The position numbers and the translations under genes were made by a program. A stretch of 64,000 nt of DNA, taken from an uncultured Alphaproteobacteria bacterium. GTDB taxonomy: Bacteria; Pseudomonadota; Alphaproteobacteria; Rhodobacterales; Rhodobacteraceae. The stretch lies in contig CAVPRV010000009.1 of assembly GCA_963707885.1 (NCBI GenBank), positions 104,676 through 168,675 of the forward strand, read 5' to 3'. This document shows, piece by piece, positions 34,984 to 45,327 of this stretch. The notes beneath the pieces are model-generated. The model had not been told where the DNA came from, searched no databases, and saw nothing but the letters and a program-made list of their open reading frames with translations. The first letter of the stretch is position 1; every line of letters starts with the position of its first letter.

Positions 34984-35718
34984 TCAATCCTCGAAACAGG
35001 CGGAGCGGCCATCGGCGCGGATCGTCGCCGCACCTTCGGCGATCTGTGCCGCGCGCTTGCGCAGGAAACCCGACGGCCGCGCCGGGTTGCGGCCCTTCGG
35101 ATCGGGCAGGGCGGAAGCGATCAGCGCCGCCTGGGCCGGACGTAGCGCGGCGGTCGAGGTGCCGAAATAGGTCTGGGCCGCAGCCTCGACACCGAAGATG
35201 CCCTTCCCGGTCTCGGCCACGTTGAGATACACCTCGACGATCCGCCGCTTGGTCCAGACCAGTTCCACCACCGGCGTCATCAGCGCCTCAAGCGCCTTGC
35301 GCGGCCAGCTCCGCCCCTGCCAGAGAAAGACGTTCTTCACGACCTGCTGGCTGAGGGTGGAGGCGCCGCGCCCAGCGCCCTCGTCGAGCGCGGCGCGGAT
35401 CGCATGCATGTCGAAACCCCAGTGCAGGCAAAAGTTCGCATCTTCCGCCGCCACGACCGCCCGCGCCACCTCCGGCGCCATGTCCTCGAGGTTCACCCAA
35501 TCGCGTTTGACCCCGCCGTGGCGCCAACTTTCTGCGATCATGTAGGGCGTCATCACCGGATTCACGACGGTGAAGATCACGACGAAGAAGACGAACACCG
35601 CGACCGCACCCATAACTGCACGACCGAGCCAGCGCAGAAGGTCGCGCAGCGTCCATCCCGCGCGTTTCCGCGCCGGTTTCCGCTTCGCTTTCGACGTTGT
35701 TTTTCTGCCCCTCGCCAT
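34984..35718 (-). CDS. mtgA: Monofunctional peptidoglycan transglycosylase
   Basis: AEDANFCLHWGFD, GASTLSQQVVKNVFLW, RKALE, EVYLN. Confidence 0.93.
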   Translation of the reverse strand: MARGRKTTSKAKRKPARKRAGWTLRDLLRWLGRAVMGAVAVFVFFVVIFTVVNPVMTPYMIAESWRHGGVKRDWVNLEDMAPEVARAVVAAEDANFCLHWGFDMHAIRAALDEGAGRGASTLSQQVVKNVFLWQGRSWPRKALEALMTPVVELVWTKRRIVEVYLNVAETGKGIFGVEAAAQTYFGTSTAALRPAQAALIASALPDPKGRNPARPSGFLRKRAAQIAEGAATIRADGRSACFED

Positions 35719-35758
35719 CGGCCGAGATGAACCACGCCCCGGGCCCCGGGGTCAAGCC

Positions 35759-36685
35759 TCAGGCCGCGATCAGACGCGCCTCGCGCAAGGTGACGACGCG
35801 CCGCGCCGCCGGTGCCGGGGGTCCTTCGAGGCGGTCGGTGAGGTCGGGAAAGACCGCCTCAATCTCTGCGCGCAGGGCGCTGTCACGCTCGATCAGCCAG
35901 CTTGAAGGATGCAGGCTCTCGCTCGGTGCGCCTTCGGCAAAGATGATCTCATGCCGGTCGAACAGGAGATGCAGATAGGTGACACGCTGCTGTTCCTCAC
36001 GCGCGATACCGGGCAATCCGACCAGATGTTTCGCCGCGACTAGCACCTCGTCTTCGCCGAAATTCAATTCCGCCAGCCAACCGGTGACCAGCATGCGGTG
36101 CTCGGGCGAAACCAGAAGCTCGCGGTCATTTCCCAGCGACTCGGCCCCGATCGCGATCGGGGCGTAATCTCCGGACCCGTCGACGTCGTTCTGGCCGACC
36201 CAGCGCAACACTTGCGGGCCATGGTCCATCGTCTCGACCAGATCGCCTGCTGTCAGCGTCTCGACCGGCACCGCACCGCCTGGCACCCGGATCAGCGTGC
36301 CGGGCGTGAAGCAGGGCGGGCCGAGCTGGCCGACCGGCATCGAGGTGTTCGGGCTGACCCAGGTCGAACTGATGTAGTTGTCGGCCTGAAGGACCGTGCC
36401 GTCCTTCGGCGTGAAGAACCGGCGGCCGTCGGCGAGGTAGAAGGTCACGCCGGTGATCGTCAGCGGCGTGCCGTTGTGATTCACCGTCACCGTATCGCCG
36501 TTGTAGACAGCGGTAATGTCCACGCCGCCGAGCGAATCGCCAACACCCGTACCCCCGGCGCTGGTGATCGTCCCGTTGTTGTTCTGGTCGACGAGATTCA
36601 GGGACACAGGCGACAGGAGCGTGCCCGAGGCCGGCGGATTCGCCGGGTCCATCTGGTAGAACTGGTCAGTATAGGTCGTCGGCAT
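35759..36685 (-). CDS. Hint-domain (B-type bacterial intein-like) protein
   Basis: CFTPGTLI start, LLVSPEHR, TYLHLLFDRHEIIFAEGAPSESL; 124-aa N-terminal Thr/Gly/Asn-rich region. Confidence 0.9.
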   Translation of the reverse strand: MPTTYTDQFYQMDPANPPASGTLLSPVSLNLVDQNNNGTITSAGGTGVGDSLGGVDITAVYNGDTVTVNHNGTPLTITGVTFYLADGRRFFTPKDGTVLQADNYISSTWVSPNTSMPVGQLGPPCFTPGTLIRVPGGAVPVETLTAGDLVETMDHGPQVLRWVGQNDVDGSGDYAPIAIGAESLGNDRELLVSPEHRMLVTGWLAELNFGEDEVLVAAKHLVGLPGIAREEQQRVTYLHLLFDRHEIIFAEGAPSESLHPSSWLIERDSALRAEIEAVFPDLTDRLEGPPAPAARRVVTLREARLIAA

Positions 36686-36830
36686 TCAACGGTCCCTCAA
36701 GCATCCTGTCGCGCCGAATCGGTGCTTTCTGTTTCGCGACGAGCATAGGCACCGAATTTGTTACAAAAAAGACTAGGGGTACCGACAGGACGTCCGGGCC
36801 GGCCATCTGTGACCGGATTGACATTGTTTT

Positions 36831-39800
36831 TCACTCTGCGGGCATTGCTTCGGAATCCGCGCTCAGCGGGTGGGGCAGGTGGATCAGCATCTCCTTCGGG
36901 CAGATTTGCAGGAAATTTGCCCGCTCCGCCGACCAGTGCTGCAGGATGCCCTTCGCCTTGACGCTGCCGGTCTCGTCCGCGTGACGCTCCACCAGCGCTT
37001 TCAGCTCCGCCTCCCAGTGCGGATGGCTTACCGCGCAGGTGACGAGCGTCTCGAGGTTCATCAGCTCCTCGGCTGTGCCGTCGGGGTCGTAGACATAGGC
37101 CATGCCGCCGGTCATGCCCGCGCCGAAATTCGCGCCGATCCGGCCTAGGATCACCGCGACGCCGCCGGTCATGTATTCGCACCCGTTGGAGCCGCAGCCC
37201 TCGATTACCACTGTCGCGCCGGAGTTCCTGACCGCGAACCGCTCGCCCGCGCGGCCGGCGGCGAAGAGATGCCCGTCGGTCGCTCCGTAAAGCACGGTAT
37301 TGCCGATGATCGTATTCTCCGACGCCTTCAGCGGCGACACCATCGGCGGCCGCACGACGATCGTGCCCCCCGACAGGCCCTTGCCGACGTAGTCGTTGGC
37401 ATCGCCCGACACTTCGAGTTTCAGCCCCGGCGCCGCGAAGGCGCCGAGCGACTGGCCGCAGGACCCTGTCAGCTTCACCGTCAGGTGGTCCGGCTGCAAT
37501 GCGTTGCGCATGCCGAAATTCTTCACGATCAGCGACGAGGCCCGCGTCCCGATGGTCCGGTGGGTGTTCCTGACGGCATAGGAAAGCTGCATCTTTTCGC
37601 CTTCATCGAAGAACCGCGCGCCGTCGCGGATGATCTCCGCGTCGAGCGTGTCCGGCACCGCGTTCCGGGGCTTCGACCGGTCGTAGACGATCCGATCCGC
37701 GCCATCGACGGTGATGAGCAAGGGGTTGAGGTCGAGATCGTCGAGATGCGCCGACCCCCGACTGACCTGGCTCAGAAGGTCCGCGCGACCGATCACCTCG
37801 TCGAGGCTCCGCGCCCCGATCTGGCTCAGGATCTCGCGCACTTCCTGGGCGTAGAAGGTGATGAGGTTCACCACCTTGTCCGCCGAACCGGTGAACTTCT
37901 TGCGCAGGGTCTCGTCCTGGGTGCAGACGCCCACCGGGCAGGTGTTCGACTGGCACTGGCGCACCATGATGCAGCCCATCGCGATCAGCGCGGCGGTGCC
38001 GATGCCGTATTCCTCGGCCCCCATCATCGCGGCGATGACGATGTCGCGCCCGGTGCGCAGCCCGCCATCGGTGCGCAGCGTGATCCGGTCGCGGAGCTTG
38101 TTCATCGCAAGCACCTGATGCGCCTCGGTCAGGCCCATTTCCCACGGCAGGCCGGCATATTTGATGCTGGTCGCCGGTGATGCGCCGGTGCCGCCGTTAT
38201 GACCCGAAATCAGGATCACGTCGGCCTTGGCCTTCGCCACCCCGGCGGCAATTGTGCCGACACCGGAGGACGACACCAGCTTGACCGTCACCTTGGCGCG
38301 CGGGTTGATCTGCTTCAGGTCGTAGATCAGCTGCGCCAGGTCTTCGATGGAGTAGATATCGTGGTGCGGCGGCGGTGAAATCAGCGTCACCCCCGGCGTC
38401 GAATGGCGAAGCCGCGCGATCAGCTTCGTCACCTTCATGCCGGGAAGCTGGCCGCCCTCGCCGGGTTTCGCCCCCTGCGCGACCTTGATCTCCAGTTCCT
38501 CGCAGGCGTTGAGGTATTCGGCGGTCACGCCGAAACGCCCGGACGCCACCTGCTTGATCTTCGCCGACGGGTTGTCGCCGTTCGGTTCCGGCACGAAGTG
38601 CGCCGGATCCTCGCCGCCCTCGCCGCTGTCGGACTTCGCCCCGATCCGGTTCATCGCCACATTCAGCGTCTTGTGCGCCTCCGGGCTCAGCGCGCCCAGC
38701 GACATGCCCGGCGTCACGAACCGCTTGCGGATCGAGGTGATGCTCTCCACCTCCTCGATGGGCACAGGCTTGCCCAAGGGCTTGATGTCGAGAAGGTCAC
38801 GCAGATGGATCGGCGGGTTCGCCCGCATCGCGGCCGAATACTGCTTCCAGAGGTCGTAGGACGCCCGGTCGCAGGCCGACTGCAGCATATGCATCGTCTG
38901 CGCTTCCCAGGCGTGCTTCTCGCCCGAGCGCCGCGCCTTGTAGAAGCCTCCGATGGGCAGGACGTCGGTGCCGCCCTTCCAGCCCTTCGCGTGAATCTCC
39001 TCCAGCTTGTGCTGGATGCCGCTGACACCGATGCCCGAGATACGGGAATGCATGCCAGGGAAGTATTCGGCGACCATCGCCCGGGAAAGGCCCACGGCCT
39101 CGAAGTTGAGGCCACCGCGATAGGAGGAAATCACCGAAATTCCCATCTTCGACATGATCTTCAGAAGCCCTGCGTCGATCGCGTCGCGGTAGCGCCGCAT
39201 CGCGTCGATCAGAGTGCCCTCGATCAGCCCGCGACGAATCCGGTCGGCGATCGAGTCCTGCGCGAGGTAGGCGTTGACCGTCGTCGCACCGCAGCCGATG
39301 AGGACGGCGAAGTAGTGCGGGTCGATGCATTCGGCCGACCGCACGTTCAGCGAACAGAAGGTGCGCAGGCCCTTGCGGGTCAACCAGCTGTGGATCGCGC
39401 TCGTGGCAAGGATCATCGGCATCGGCACCTTGTCCGTGCCCTGGTTCTGATCGGTCAGCACGATATGGCCCGCGCCGGAACGCACGGCATCCTCAGCCTC
39501 GGCCCGGATCCGCTCAAGCCCCTGGCGGAGCGCGTCCGGCTCGCCGCCGGCAAAGGTGCAGTCGATATGGGCGACCTGATCGCCGAATTGCCGAACCATC
39601 TCGTCGAATTCCGCGTTCGCGATGAACGGGCTCTCCAGCACCAGGATCTCGGTCTGCGAGCTGTTCTCGTCGAGCACGTTCTTGAGGTTGCCGAACCGGG
39701 TCTTGAGGCTCATCACCCGGCTTTCGCGAAGCGAGTCGATGGGCGGGTTGGTGACCTGGCTGAAATTCTGCCGGAAGAAGTGGGAGAGCGGCCGGTACTG

Positions 39801-41366
39801 CTTCGACAGGACCGCGGCCGGCGTATCGTCGCCCATCGAGGCGATCATCTCCTTGCCGTCCTCGGCCATCGGCGCGAGTACCTGCTCGAGCTCTTCCAGA
39901 GTATATCCCGCCGCGACCTGCCGCTTGCGCAGTTCGGCCCCGTCGAAAAGCGCCTTCTCCGGCACGTCGTGCATCATCGCATTGAGGTCGGTTACCTTGG
40001 CGAGCCAGTCGGCATAGGGTTGCGCACCCGCCAGCCGGTCCTTCATCTCGGCATCGTGGTAAAGCTTGCCCTCGGCCATATCGACGGCAATCATCTGCCC
40101 CGGCCCCAGCGCGCCCTTCTCGCGCACCACGGCCTCGTCAACCGGCACCATCCCGGCCTCCGACCCCGCGATCAGCAGCCCGTCGCCAGTCACGACATAG
40201 CGCAGCGGGCGCAAGCCGTTCCGGTCGAGCCCGCCGCAGACCCAGCGGCCGTCGGTCATGGCCAACGCAGCCGGCCCGTCCCAGGGCTCCATCACCGCGT
40301 TGCAATAGGCATACATGTCCTGCCAGGGCTTTGGCATCTCGACCGCCGACTTCGACCAGGCCTCGGGCACCAGCATGGTCTTGGCCATCGGGGCCGAGCG
40401 GCCGGCCCGCACCAGAACTTCGAAAACAGCGTCTAACGCTGCCGAATCCGACGACCCTTGCGCCACGATCGGCTTGATGTCGCCCGCCTGCTCGCCGAAC
40501 GTCACCGATGCCATGCGTATCTCGTGGCTCCGCATCCAGTTGAGGTTGCCCTTCAGCGTGTTGATCTCGCCGTTATGGGCGAGGGTGCGGAACGGCTGGG
40601 CCAGCCACCATTGCGGAAAGGTGTTGGTCGAGTAGCGCTGGTGATAGATCGCGAAGGCGCTTTCGAATCTCTCGTCCTTCAGGTCCGGATAGAACTCCGC
40701 CACCTGCTCGGCCAGCATCATCCCCTTGTAGATGATCGACCGGCACGACAGCGTGCAAAGATACATCCCCGCGATCCCGGCCGCCGTCGCCGCCTTCTCG
40801 ACCCGCCGGCGGATGACGTAGAGCTCACGCTCGAACGTCTCCTCATCGACGCCTTTGGAGTTCTTGATCAGGATCTGTTCGATCTCGGGCCGCGTCGCAT
40901 TGGCCTTCTCGCCCAGCACCTCGGTGTTTACCGGCACATGGCGCCAGCCATAGATGTAGTAGCCGGCACGAAGAACCTCGGTTTCCACGATGGTCCGGCA
41001 GGTTTCCTGCGCGCCGAAATCCGTGCGCGGCAGAAAGACCTGGCCAACCGCGATCAGCGCCTTCATGTCGGGTTCGTGCCCGGTGCGGCGAATCTGGTCG
41101 TAGAAGAACGGCACTGGGATCTGCACATGGATGCCTGCTCCGTCGCCGGTCTTGCCGTCAGCATCGACCGCGCCTCGGTGCCAGACCGCCTTCAGGGCGT
41201 CGATTCCGTGCTCTACGACCTTGCGGCTGGCCTTGCCGTCGATCGAGACGACGAGGCCGACGCCGCAGGACGCATGCTCATCCTCGGCACGATAGAGACT
41301 GTTTTCCGCCATCCAGGCGCGCCGCGCCTCTTCCGAGCCCACCCACTCCGCGTCAAATCCGCTCAT
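36831..41366 (-). CDS. gltB: Glutamate synthase large subunit
   Basis: CGVG, HQRYSTNT, KVAQGAKPGEGGQLP, CIMVRQCQSNTCPVG, GXGXG domain. Confidence 0.98.
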   Translation of the reverse strand: MSGFDAEWVGSEEARRAWMAENSLYRAEDEHASCGVGLVVSIDGKASRKVVEHGIDALKAVWHRGAVDADGKTGDGAGIHVQIPVPFFYDQIRRTGHEPDMKALIAVGQVFLPRTDFGAQETCRTIVETEVLRAGYYIYGWRHVPVNTEVLGEKANATRPEIEQILIKNSKGVDEETFERELYVIRRRVEKAATAAGIAGMYLCTLSCRSIIYKGMMLAEQVAEFYPDLKDERFESAFAIYHQRYSTNTFPQWWLAQPFRTLAHNGEINTLKGNLNWMRSHEIRMASVTFGEQAGDIKPIVAQGSSDSAALDAVFEVLVRAGRSAPMAKTMLVPEAWSKSAVEMPKPWQDMYAYCNAVMEPWDGPAALAMTDGRWVCGGLDRNGLRPLRYVVTGDGLLIAGSEAGMVPVDEAVVREKGALGPGQMIAVDMAEGKLYHDAEMKDRLAGAQPYADWLAKVTDLNAMMHDVPEKALFDGAELRKRQVAAGYTLEELEQVLAPMAEDGKEMIASMGDDTPAAVLSKQYRPLSHFFRQNFSQVTNPPIDSLRESRVMSLKTRFGNLKNVLDENSSQTEILVLESPFIANAEFDEMVRQFGDQVAHIDCTFAGGEPDALRQGLERIRAEAEDAVRSGAGHIVLTDQNQGTDKVPMPMILATSAIHSWLTRKGLRTFCSLNVRSAECIDPHYFAVLIGCGATTVNAYLAQDSIADRIRRGLIEGTLIDAMRRYRDAIDAGLLKIMSKMGISVISSYRGGLNFEAVGLSRAMVAEYFPGMHSRISGIGVSGIQHKLEEIHAKGWKGGTDVLPIGGFYKARRSGEKHAWEAQTMHMLQSACDRASYDLWKQYSAAMRANPPIHLRDLLDIKPLGKPVPIEEVESITSIRKRFVTPGMSLGALSPEAHKTLNVAMNRIGAKSDSGEGGEDPAHFVPEPNGDNPSAKIKQVASGRFGVTAEYLNACEELEIKVAQGAKPGEGGQLPGMKVTKLIARLRHSTPGVTLISPPPHHDIYSIEDLAQLIYDLKQINPRAKVTVKLVSSSGVGTIAAGVAKAKADVILISGHNGGTGASPATSIKYAGLPWEMGLTEAHQVLAMNKLRDRITLRTDGGLRTGRDIVIAAMMGAEEYGIGTAALIAMGCIMVRQCQSNTCPVGVCTQDETLRKKFTGSADKVVNLITFYAQEVREILSQIGARSLDEVIGRADLLSQVSRGSAHLDDLDLNPLLITVDGADRIVYDRSKPRNAVPDTLDAEIIRDGARFFDEGEKMQLSYAVRNTHRTIGTRASSLIVKNFGMRNALQPDHLTVKLTGSCGQSLGAFAAPGLKLEVSGDANDYVGKGLSGGTIVVRPPMVSPLKASENTIIGNTVLYGATDGHLFAAGRAGERFAVRNSGATVVIEGCGSNGCEYMTGGVAVILGRIGANFGAGMTGGMAYVYDPDGTAEELMNLETLVTCAVSHPHWEAELKALVERHADETGSVKAKGILQHWSAERANFLQICPKEMLIHLPHPLSADSEAMPAE

Positions 41367-41806
41367 TTTCCGTCTCCCTCGATCTGGGGGGCGATGGTCG
41401 CCATGAATTCCGCTTTCGTCAGCCGCAGGTGGTCGCCCGCATAGACGAACCCCTCGGGCTTCTGGTCGATGTAGATCTCCTTGGTCAGCGCGAAGCCGCC
41501 AAGATTGTCGAAGAGCCCGGCCGACACGCTGTGATGATCGGTCCCGGGCATCGTGAGATGATACCAAAGCGGTGTGCCGCAGGCGTCACAATGCGCCCGC
41601 TCTGCCCAGTCCGAGGACGTGAACACCTTCACGGGACCCTCGGCCTTGAGCGTGCCCGGTGCCGCGTCGATCTCAAGAAACGCCGAGCCGGTCCAGCGCC
41701 GGCACATCTCGCAATGGCAGGCGTGGAGCTCTGGCTGCTTCACGCCCATCGTCACGGTGACGGCCCCACAAAGACAGTGTCCGCTCAATGTGGTGTCAGC
41801 AGTCAT
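41363..41806 (-). CDS. GFA (Mss4-like Zn-binding) family protein
   Basis: GHCLCGAV, CHCEMCRR, CDACGTPL. Confidence 0.9.
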   Translation of the reverse strand: MTADTTLSGHCLCGAVTVTMGVKQPELHACHCEMCRRWTGSAFLEIDAAPGTLKAEGPVKVFTSSDWAERAHCDACGTPLWYHLTMPGTDHHSVSAGLFDNLGGFALTKEIYIDQKPEGFVYAGDHLRLTKAEFMATIAPQIEGDGK

Positions 41807-42516
41807 GATTTCGGTCTTTCCGCCGGCAAGGGCGCCCTAGTCATCATCATGTCGCAGTCGTAGATAGGCTCGGCCGAAAGGAACCCCTTGTCGCCCGGCA
41901 GAGCGAAATTGACCGGCGTGTCGATTACCGTTTCGCGGTCGCCGAAGGCGTTTTCGAACTCCTCGGTATCGGCCCAGAACAGCCGCCAGTCGCGGTGGAT
42001 GAACTGCCGCCCGACGCGGTGCCAGATCATCTCGCCCTCCTGCGTCCACGCGGTCAGGTCGAATTTCGTCCGTTCAAGAACGACGCCTCCGATCGTTACC
42101 TTCTCGCCGGTCAACTGGTCGAATCCGGTGTAGCGCCGAACTTCGCCAGTGCTGCTTTCGGTGGTGAAGTCGTAATCGTCGCGGCCCGTCGTGATCAGCG
42201 TTGTGAACGAAGCCGGATCGGCCTCCGACATCAGCGCGTCGCGATCACCGGTGGTCAGATCGTAGCTTTCGATCCAGCGCGTCTCGGCGTCGATCCGGCT
42301 CATGTAGAACGGGCCTTCGCCGTCCAGGTAGACCGCCCACTGGTCGCCGGGGCTATCGTGTTCGCAGCGGTAGTGCTGCGACACCTGGCAATTGCGCATC
42401 TGCACCGTCGCGAAGACTTCGCATCCGGCAGGTGCGGCGAACTTGCCGCCGGCAAGGGCGGGGGCCGCCAGAAGCGCGGCGGCGCCGAGGCTGAGGAGGT
42501 GAAGCTGCGATGCCAC
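41803..42516 (-). CDS. Exported Cys-containing hypothetical protein
   Basis: Signal peptide ending ALA, four Cys residues, ATGA overlap with the GFA gene. Confidence 0.75.
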   Translation of the reverse strand: MASQLHLLSLGAAALLAAPALAGGKFAAPAGCEVFATVQMRNCQVSQHYRCEHDSPGDQWAVYLDGEGPFYMSRIDAETRWIESYDLTTGDRDALMSEADPASFTTLITTGRDDYDFTTESSTGEVRRYTGFDQLTGEKVTIGGVVLERTKFDLTAWTQEGEMIWHRVGRQFIHRDWRLFWADTEEFENAFGDRETVIDTPVNFALPGDKGFLSAEPIYDCDMMMTRAPLPAERPKS

Positions 42517-42657
42517 GTTCAGACTTCCTTCATTCTCCGGGTCAGCATACGTGACCCTTGGTCCTATCCGTCCGCGCCGCCGTCCTCTGCATGTAGCGAC
42601 GGATGCACTACGCTTGTGAGACGCGGAAATGACGGCGTTCCGCTGTCGTTCCGGCCC

Positions 42658-44094
42658 CTATTCCGCCGCCACGGCCTGCGCTTCTGAAAGGTAGCCGAGC
42701 ACACTTTCCGCCGCCTCCCGCCCGTCGCGGATCGCCCAGACCACCAACGACGCCCCGCGCACGATGTCGCCCACCGCGAAGACGCCCGGCAGACTCGTCG
42801 CATGGCTGCGGAAATCCGCCTTCACCGTGCCCCAGCGCGTGACCTCCAGCCCCTCGGTGCCCCAAAGCGCGGGCAGATCCTCCGGCTCGAAGCCGAGCGC
42901 CTTGATGACAAGATCGGCCTCCTCGACATAATCCGCGCCCTCGATCACCTCGGGGCTTTGCCGGCCCGTCGCGTCCGGGGCGCCGAGCCGCATCTGTTGC
43001 ACCAGAACTCCCTCGACCGTATCGGCGGCGGTGAACCCCTTGGGCGCGGTCAACCAGATGAAATCGACGCCCTCCTCCTCGGCATTCACGACTTCCCGCT
43101 GCGAACCGGGCATATTCGCCCGATCGCGCCGGTACAGACACTTCACCGATTGCGCGCCCTGACGGATCGCGGTGCGGACGCAGTCCATTGCCGTGTCGCC
43201 GCCACCGATGACGACAACGCGCTTGCCTTCGGCGTTCAGCTCTCCGCTGTCGAATTCCGGCACCTCGTCGCCGAACGACTTGCGGTTCGAGGCGGTCAGG
43301 TAATCGATGGCGCGCACGATGCCCGAAGCGTTGGCGTTCGGCCCACCGAGATCGCGGCTCTTGTAGACGCCCGTGGCGATGATCACCGCGTCATGCTTGC
43401 CGCGGATCGCATCGAAGGCGATATCCTCGCCCACGTTGCAGTTCATCACAAACTGCACCCCGCCCTGCTCGAGCTGGCCGATGCGCTGCATCACCACGTC
43501 CTTTTCCAGCTTGAAGCAGGGAATGCCATAGGTCATGAGCCCGCCAGCCCGATCGTAGCGGTCATAAACCGTGACCTGAAGCCCGGCGCGGCGAAGGAAA
43601 TCGGCCGCCGCCAGACCGCCGGGGCCGGCGCCGATGATGCCGACGCTTTCCGCCCGCTCCTCGACCGGTTTCACCGGTTTCACCCAGCCGTTGTCCCAGG
43701 CGGTGTCGGTGATGAACTTCTCGATGGCGCCGATGGTGACGGTGCCGTGGCCCGCCTGCTCGATCACGCAGTTGCCTTCGCAAAGCCGGTCCTGCGGGCA
43801 GATGCGGCCGCAGATCTCGGGAAAGGTGTTGGTTGCCTGGGCAAGCTCATAGGCTTCCTGCAGCCGGCCCTCGGCGGTCATCCTCAGCCAGTCTGGGATG
43901 TTGTTGTGCAGGGGGCAATGCGACTGGCAATAGGGCACGCCGCACTGACTGCACCGCCCCGCCTGCTCCTCGGCCTTGACCTCGGCATACTCGCGGTAAA
44001 TTTCGTTGAAATCCTGCGCGCGCACAGTAGCCGCACGTTTCTCCGGCATCTCTTTCGAGACGGTCACGAACTGGAGCATGCGTTGCTGGGCCAT
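42658..44094 (-). CDS. gltD: Glutamate synthase small subunit
   Basis: RCSQCGVPYCQSHCP, GRICPQDRLCE, IIGAGPGG, IGGGDTAMDC. Confidence 0.96.
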   Translation of the reverse strand: MAQQRMLQFVTVSKEMPEKRAATVRAQDFNEIYREYAEVKAEEQAGRCSQCGVPYCQSHCPLHNNIPDWLRMTAEGRLQEAYELAQATNTFPEICGRICPQDRLCEGNCVIEQAGHGTVTIGAIEKFITDTAWDNGWVKPVKPVEERAESVGIIGAGPGGLAAADFLRRAGLQVTVYDRYDRAGGLMTYGIPCFKLEKDVVMQRIGQLEQGGVQFVMNCNVGEDIAFDAIRGKHDAVIIATGVYKSRDLGGPNANASGIVRAIDYLTASNRKSFGDEVPEFDSGELNAEGKRVVVIGGGDTAMDCVRTAIRQGAQSVKCLYRRDRANMPGSQREVVNAEEEGVDFIWLTAPKGFTAADTVEGVLVQQMRLGAPDATGRQSPEVIEGADYVEEADLVIKALGFEPEDLPALWGTEGLEVTRWGTVKADFRSHATSLPGVFAVGDIVRGASLVVWAIRDGREAAESVLGYLSEAQAVAAE

Positions 44095-44155
44095 CGGGCG
44101 GTCTTTCCGTCAGAAATTCAGGATGCGCATTGCTACTCCCGGCCCGGTGGAAATA

Positions 44156-44250
44156 AAAGTCAGAATGACTTACCTATTTTGATGATTTTTGCGCGCCTTC
44201 TGGTTTATGGCGGGGTTATTGACCGAAAATAGGTCAACTTATGCGACCTT
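44156..44250. promoter_or_regulatory. Two GTCA-N7-TGAC-like sites upstream of gltD
   Basis: AAAGTCAGAATGACTTACCTA (44156-44176) and TAGGTCAACTTATGCGACCTT (44230-44250) in an AT-rich spacer. Confidence 0.5.
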
Positions 44251-44254
44251 ACTA

Positions 44255-45059
44255 TCAGTAACCCATGCTCAGAGCCGCCAGAGCCACCGACCCGATGATG
44301 ATTCGCCACCAGCCGAACAGAGCGTAACCATGCTGGCTGACATAGCCGAGAAGCCAGCGCACGACGAAGAATCGCGGCGACGAAGGCGGCGGCAAAGCCG
44401 ATCGCGATCTCGCCCAGCGCGCTCCAGTCCAGGACGTCACGATTCTTGTAGAGGTCGTAGGCGAAGGCCCCCGCCATCGTCGGCATCGACAGGAAGAACG
44501 AAAACTCCGCCGCGGCGCGCTTGTCGGCGCCGAACGCCAGCGCGCCGACGATGGTCGCGCCCGAACGCGACACGCCGGGGATCATTGCGAGACACTGGAT
44601 CACGCCGATGCCGAGGGCCATCGGCAGCGGAAACCGGTCCGCCTCGTGATGGCGCGGCGTCAGCGGCAGGCGATCGACTATCAGAAGGATGATGCCGCCG
44701 AGGATCAGCATCGAGGCGATGAGGCGCGGGCTTTCGAAAAGCACATTCTTGATGACGTCGTGCGCCAGCACACCGACAAAAACCGCGGGCAGGAAGGCCA
44801 CGAGCACCGATCCTGCAAATCGCCGCGCCTGAGGGTCGCTCGGCAGATCCGCGATCGTCCGCCCGATCTTCGCCGCATAGACCCCGAGGATCGCCAGGAC
44901 CGCCCCGAGTTGAATCACCACCTCGAAGGTCTTGCCGGCGCTCTCGAAGCCGAGGAAATGGCCGGCCAAGAGGATATGCCCTGTGGAAGAAACGGGAATG
45001 AACTCCGTAACCCCTTCCAGAAGCCCAAGGAGCAGGGCGCTCACCGTCGTATCGCTCAT
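44255..45059 (-). CDS. uppP: Undecaprenyl-diphosphatase (frameshift ~44370)
   Basis: [32 protein letters not shown]. Confidence 0.94.
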
Positions 45060-45184
45060 GTCTGGAAGCCTTCCGTTCCGGTCCTTGCACCGTCCACAGC
45101 TTTATGCGGACGGCGGGATGGGAACAAGGCACCCTTCAGCGCATGTCGGCGACCTTCGGTATGGGCGCCGCGCGGGCGGACCCA

Positions 45185-45327
45185 CGGTCCGCAGCGCGAC
45201 GATGTGTTTCCACACTTCGGGATGGCGGACGATCCAATGATCGCCGTGTCCGTGGACGAACGGGCACTTCTGCATTCAGGACGTTGCCGTCTTGTGATGG
45301 CCGACTTGCAGCAAATAGCTGCTTCAC
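45185..45327 (-). pseudogene. Remnant of a sulfotransferase N-terminus
   Basis: Reads (V)KQL/LLQVGHHKTATS*MQK..HG..IVRHPEVWKHIV; matches a 5'-PSB-type GxHKTAT(S/T)WxQ loop with TGA in the Trp position (45276-45278). Confidence 0.45.
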
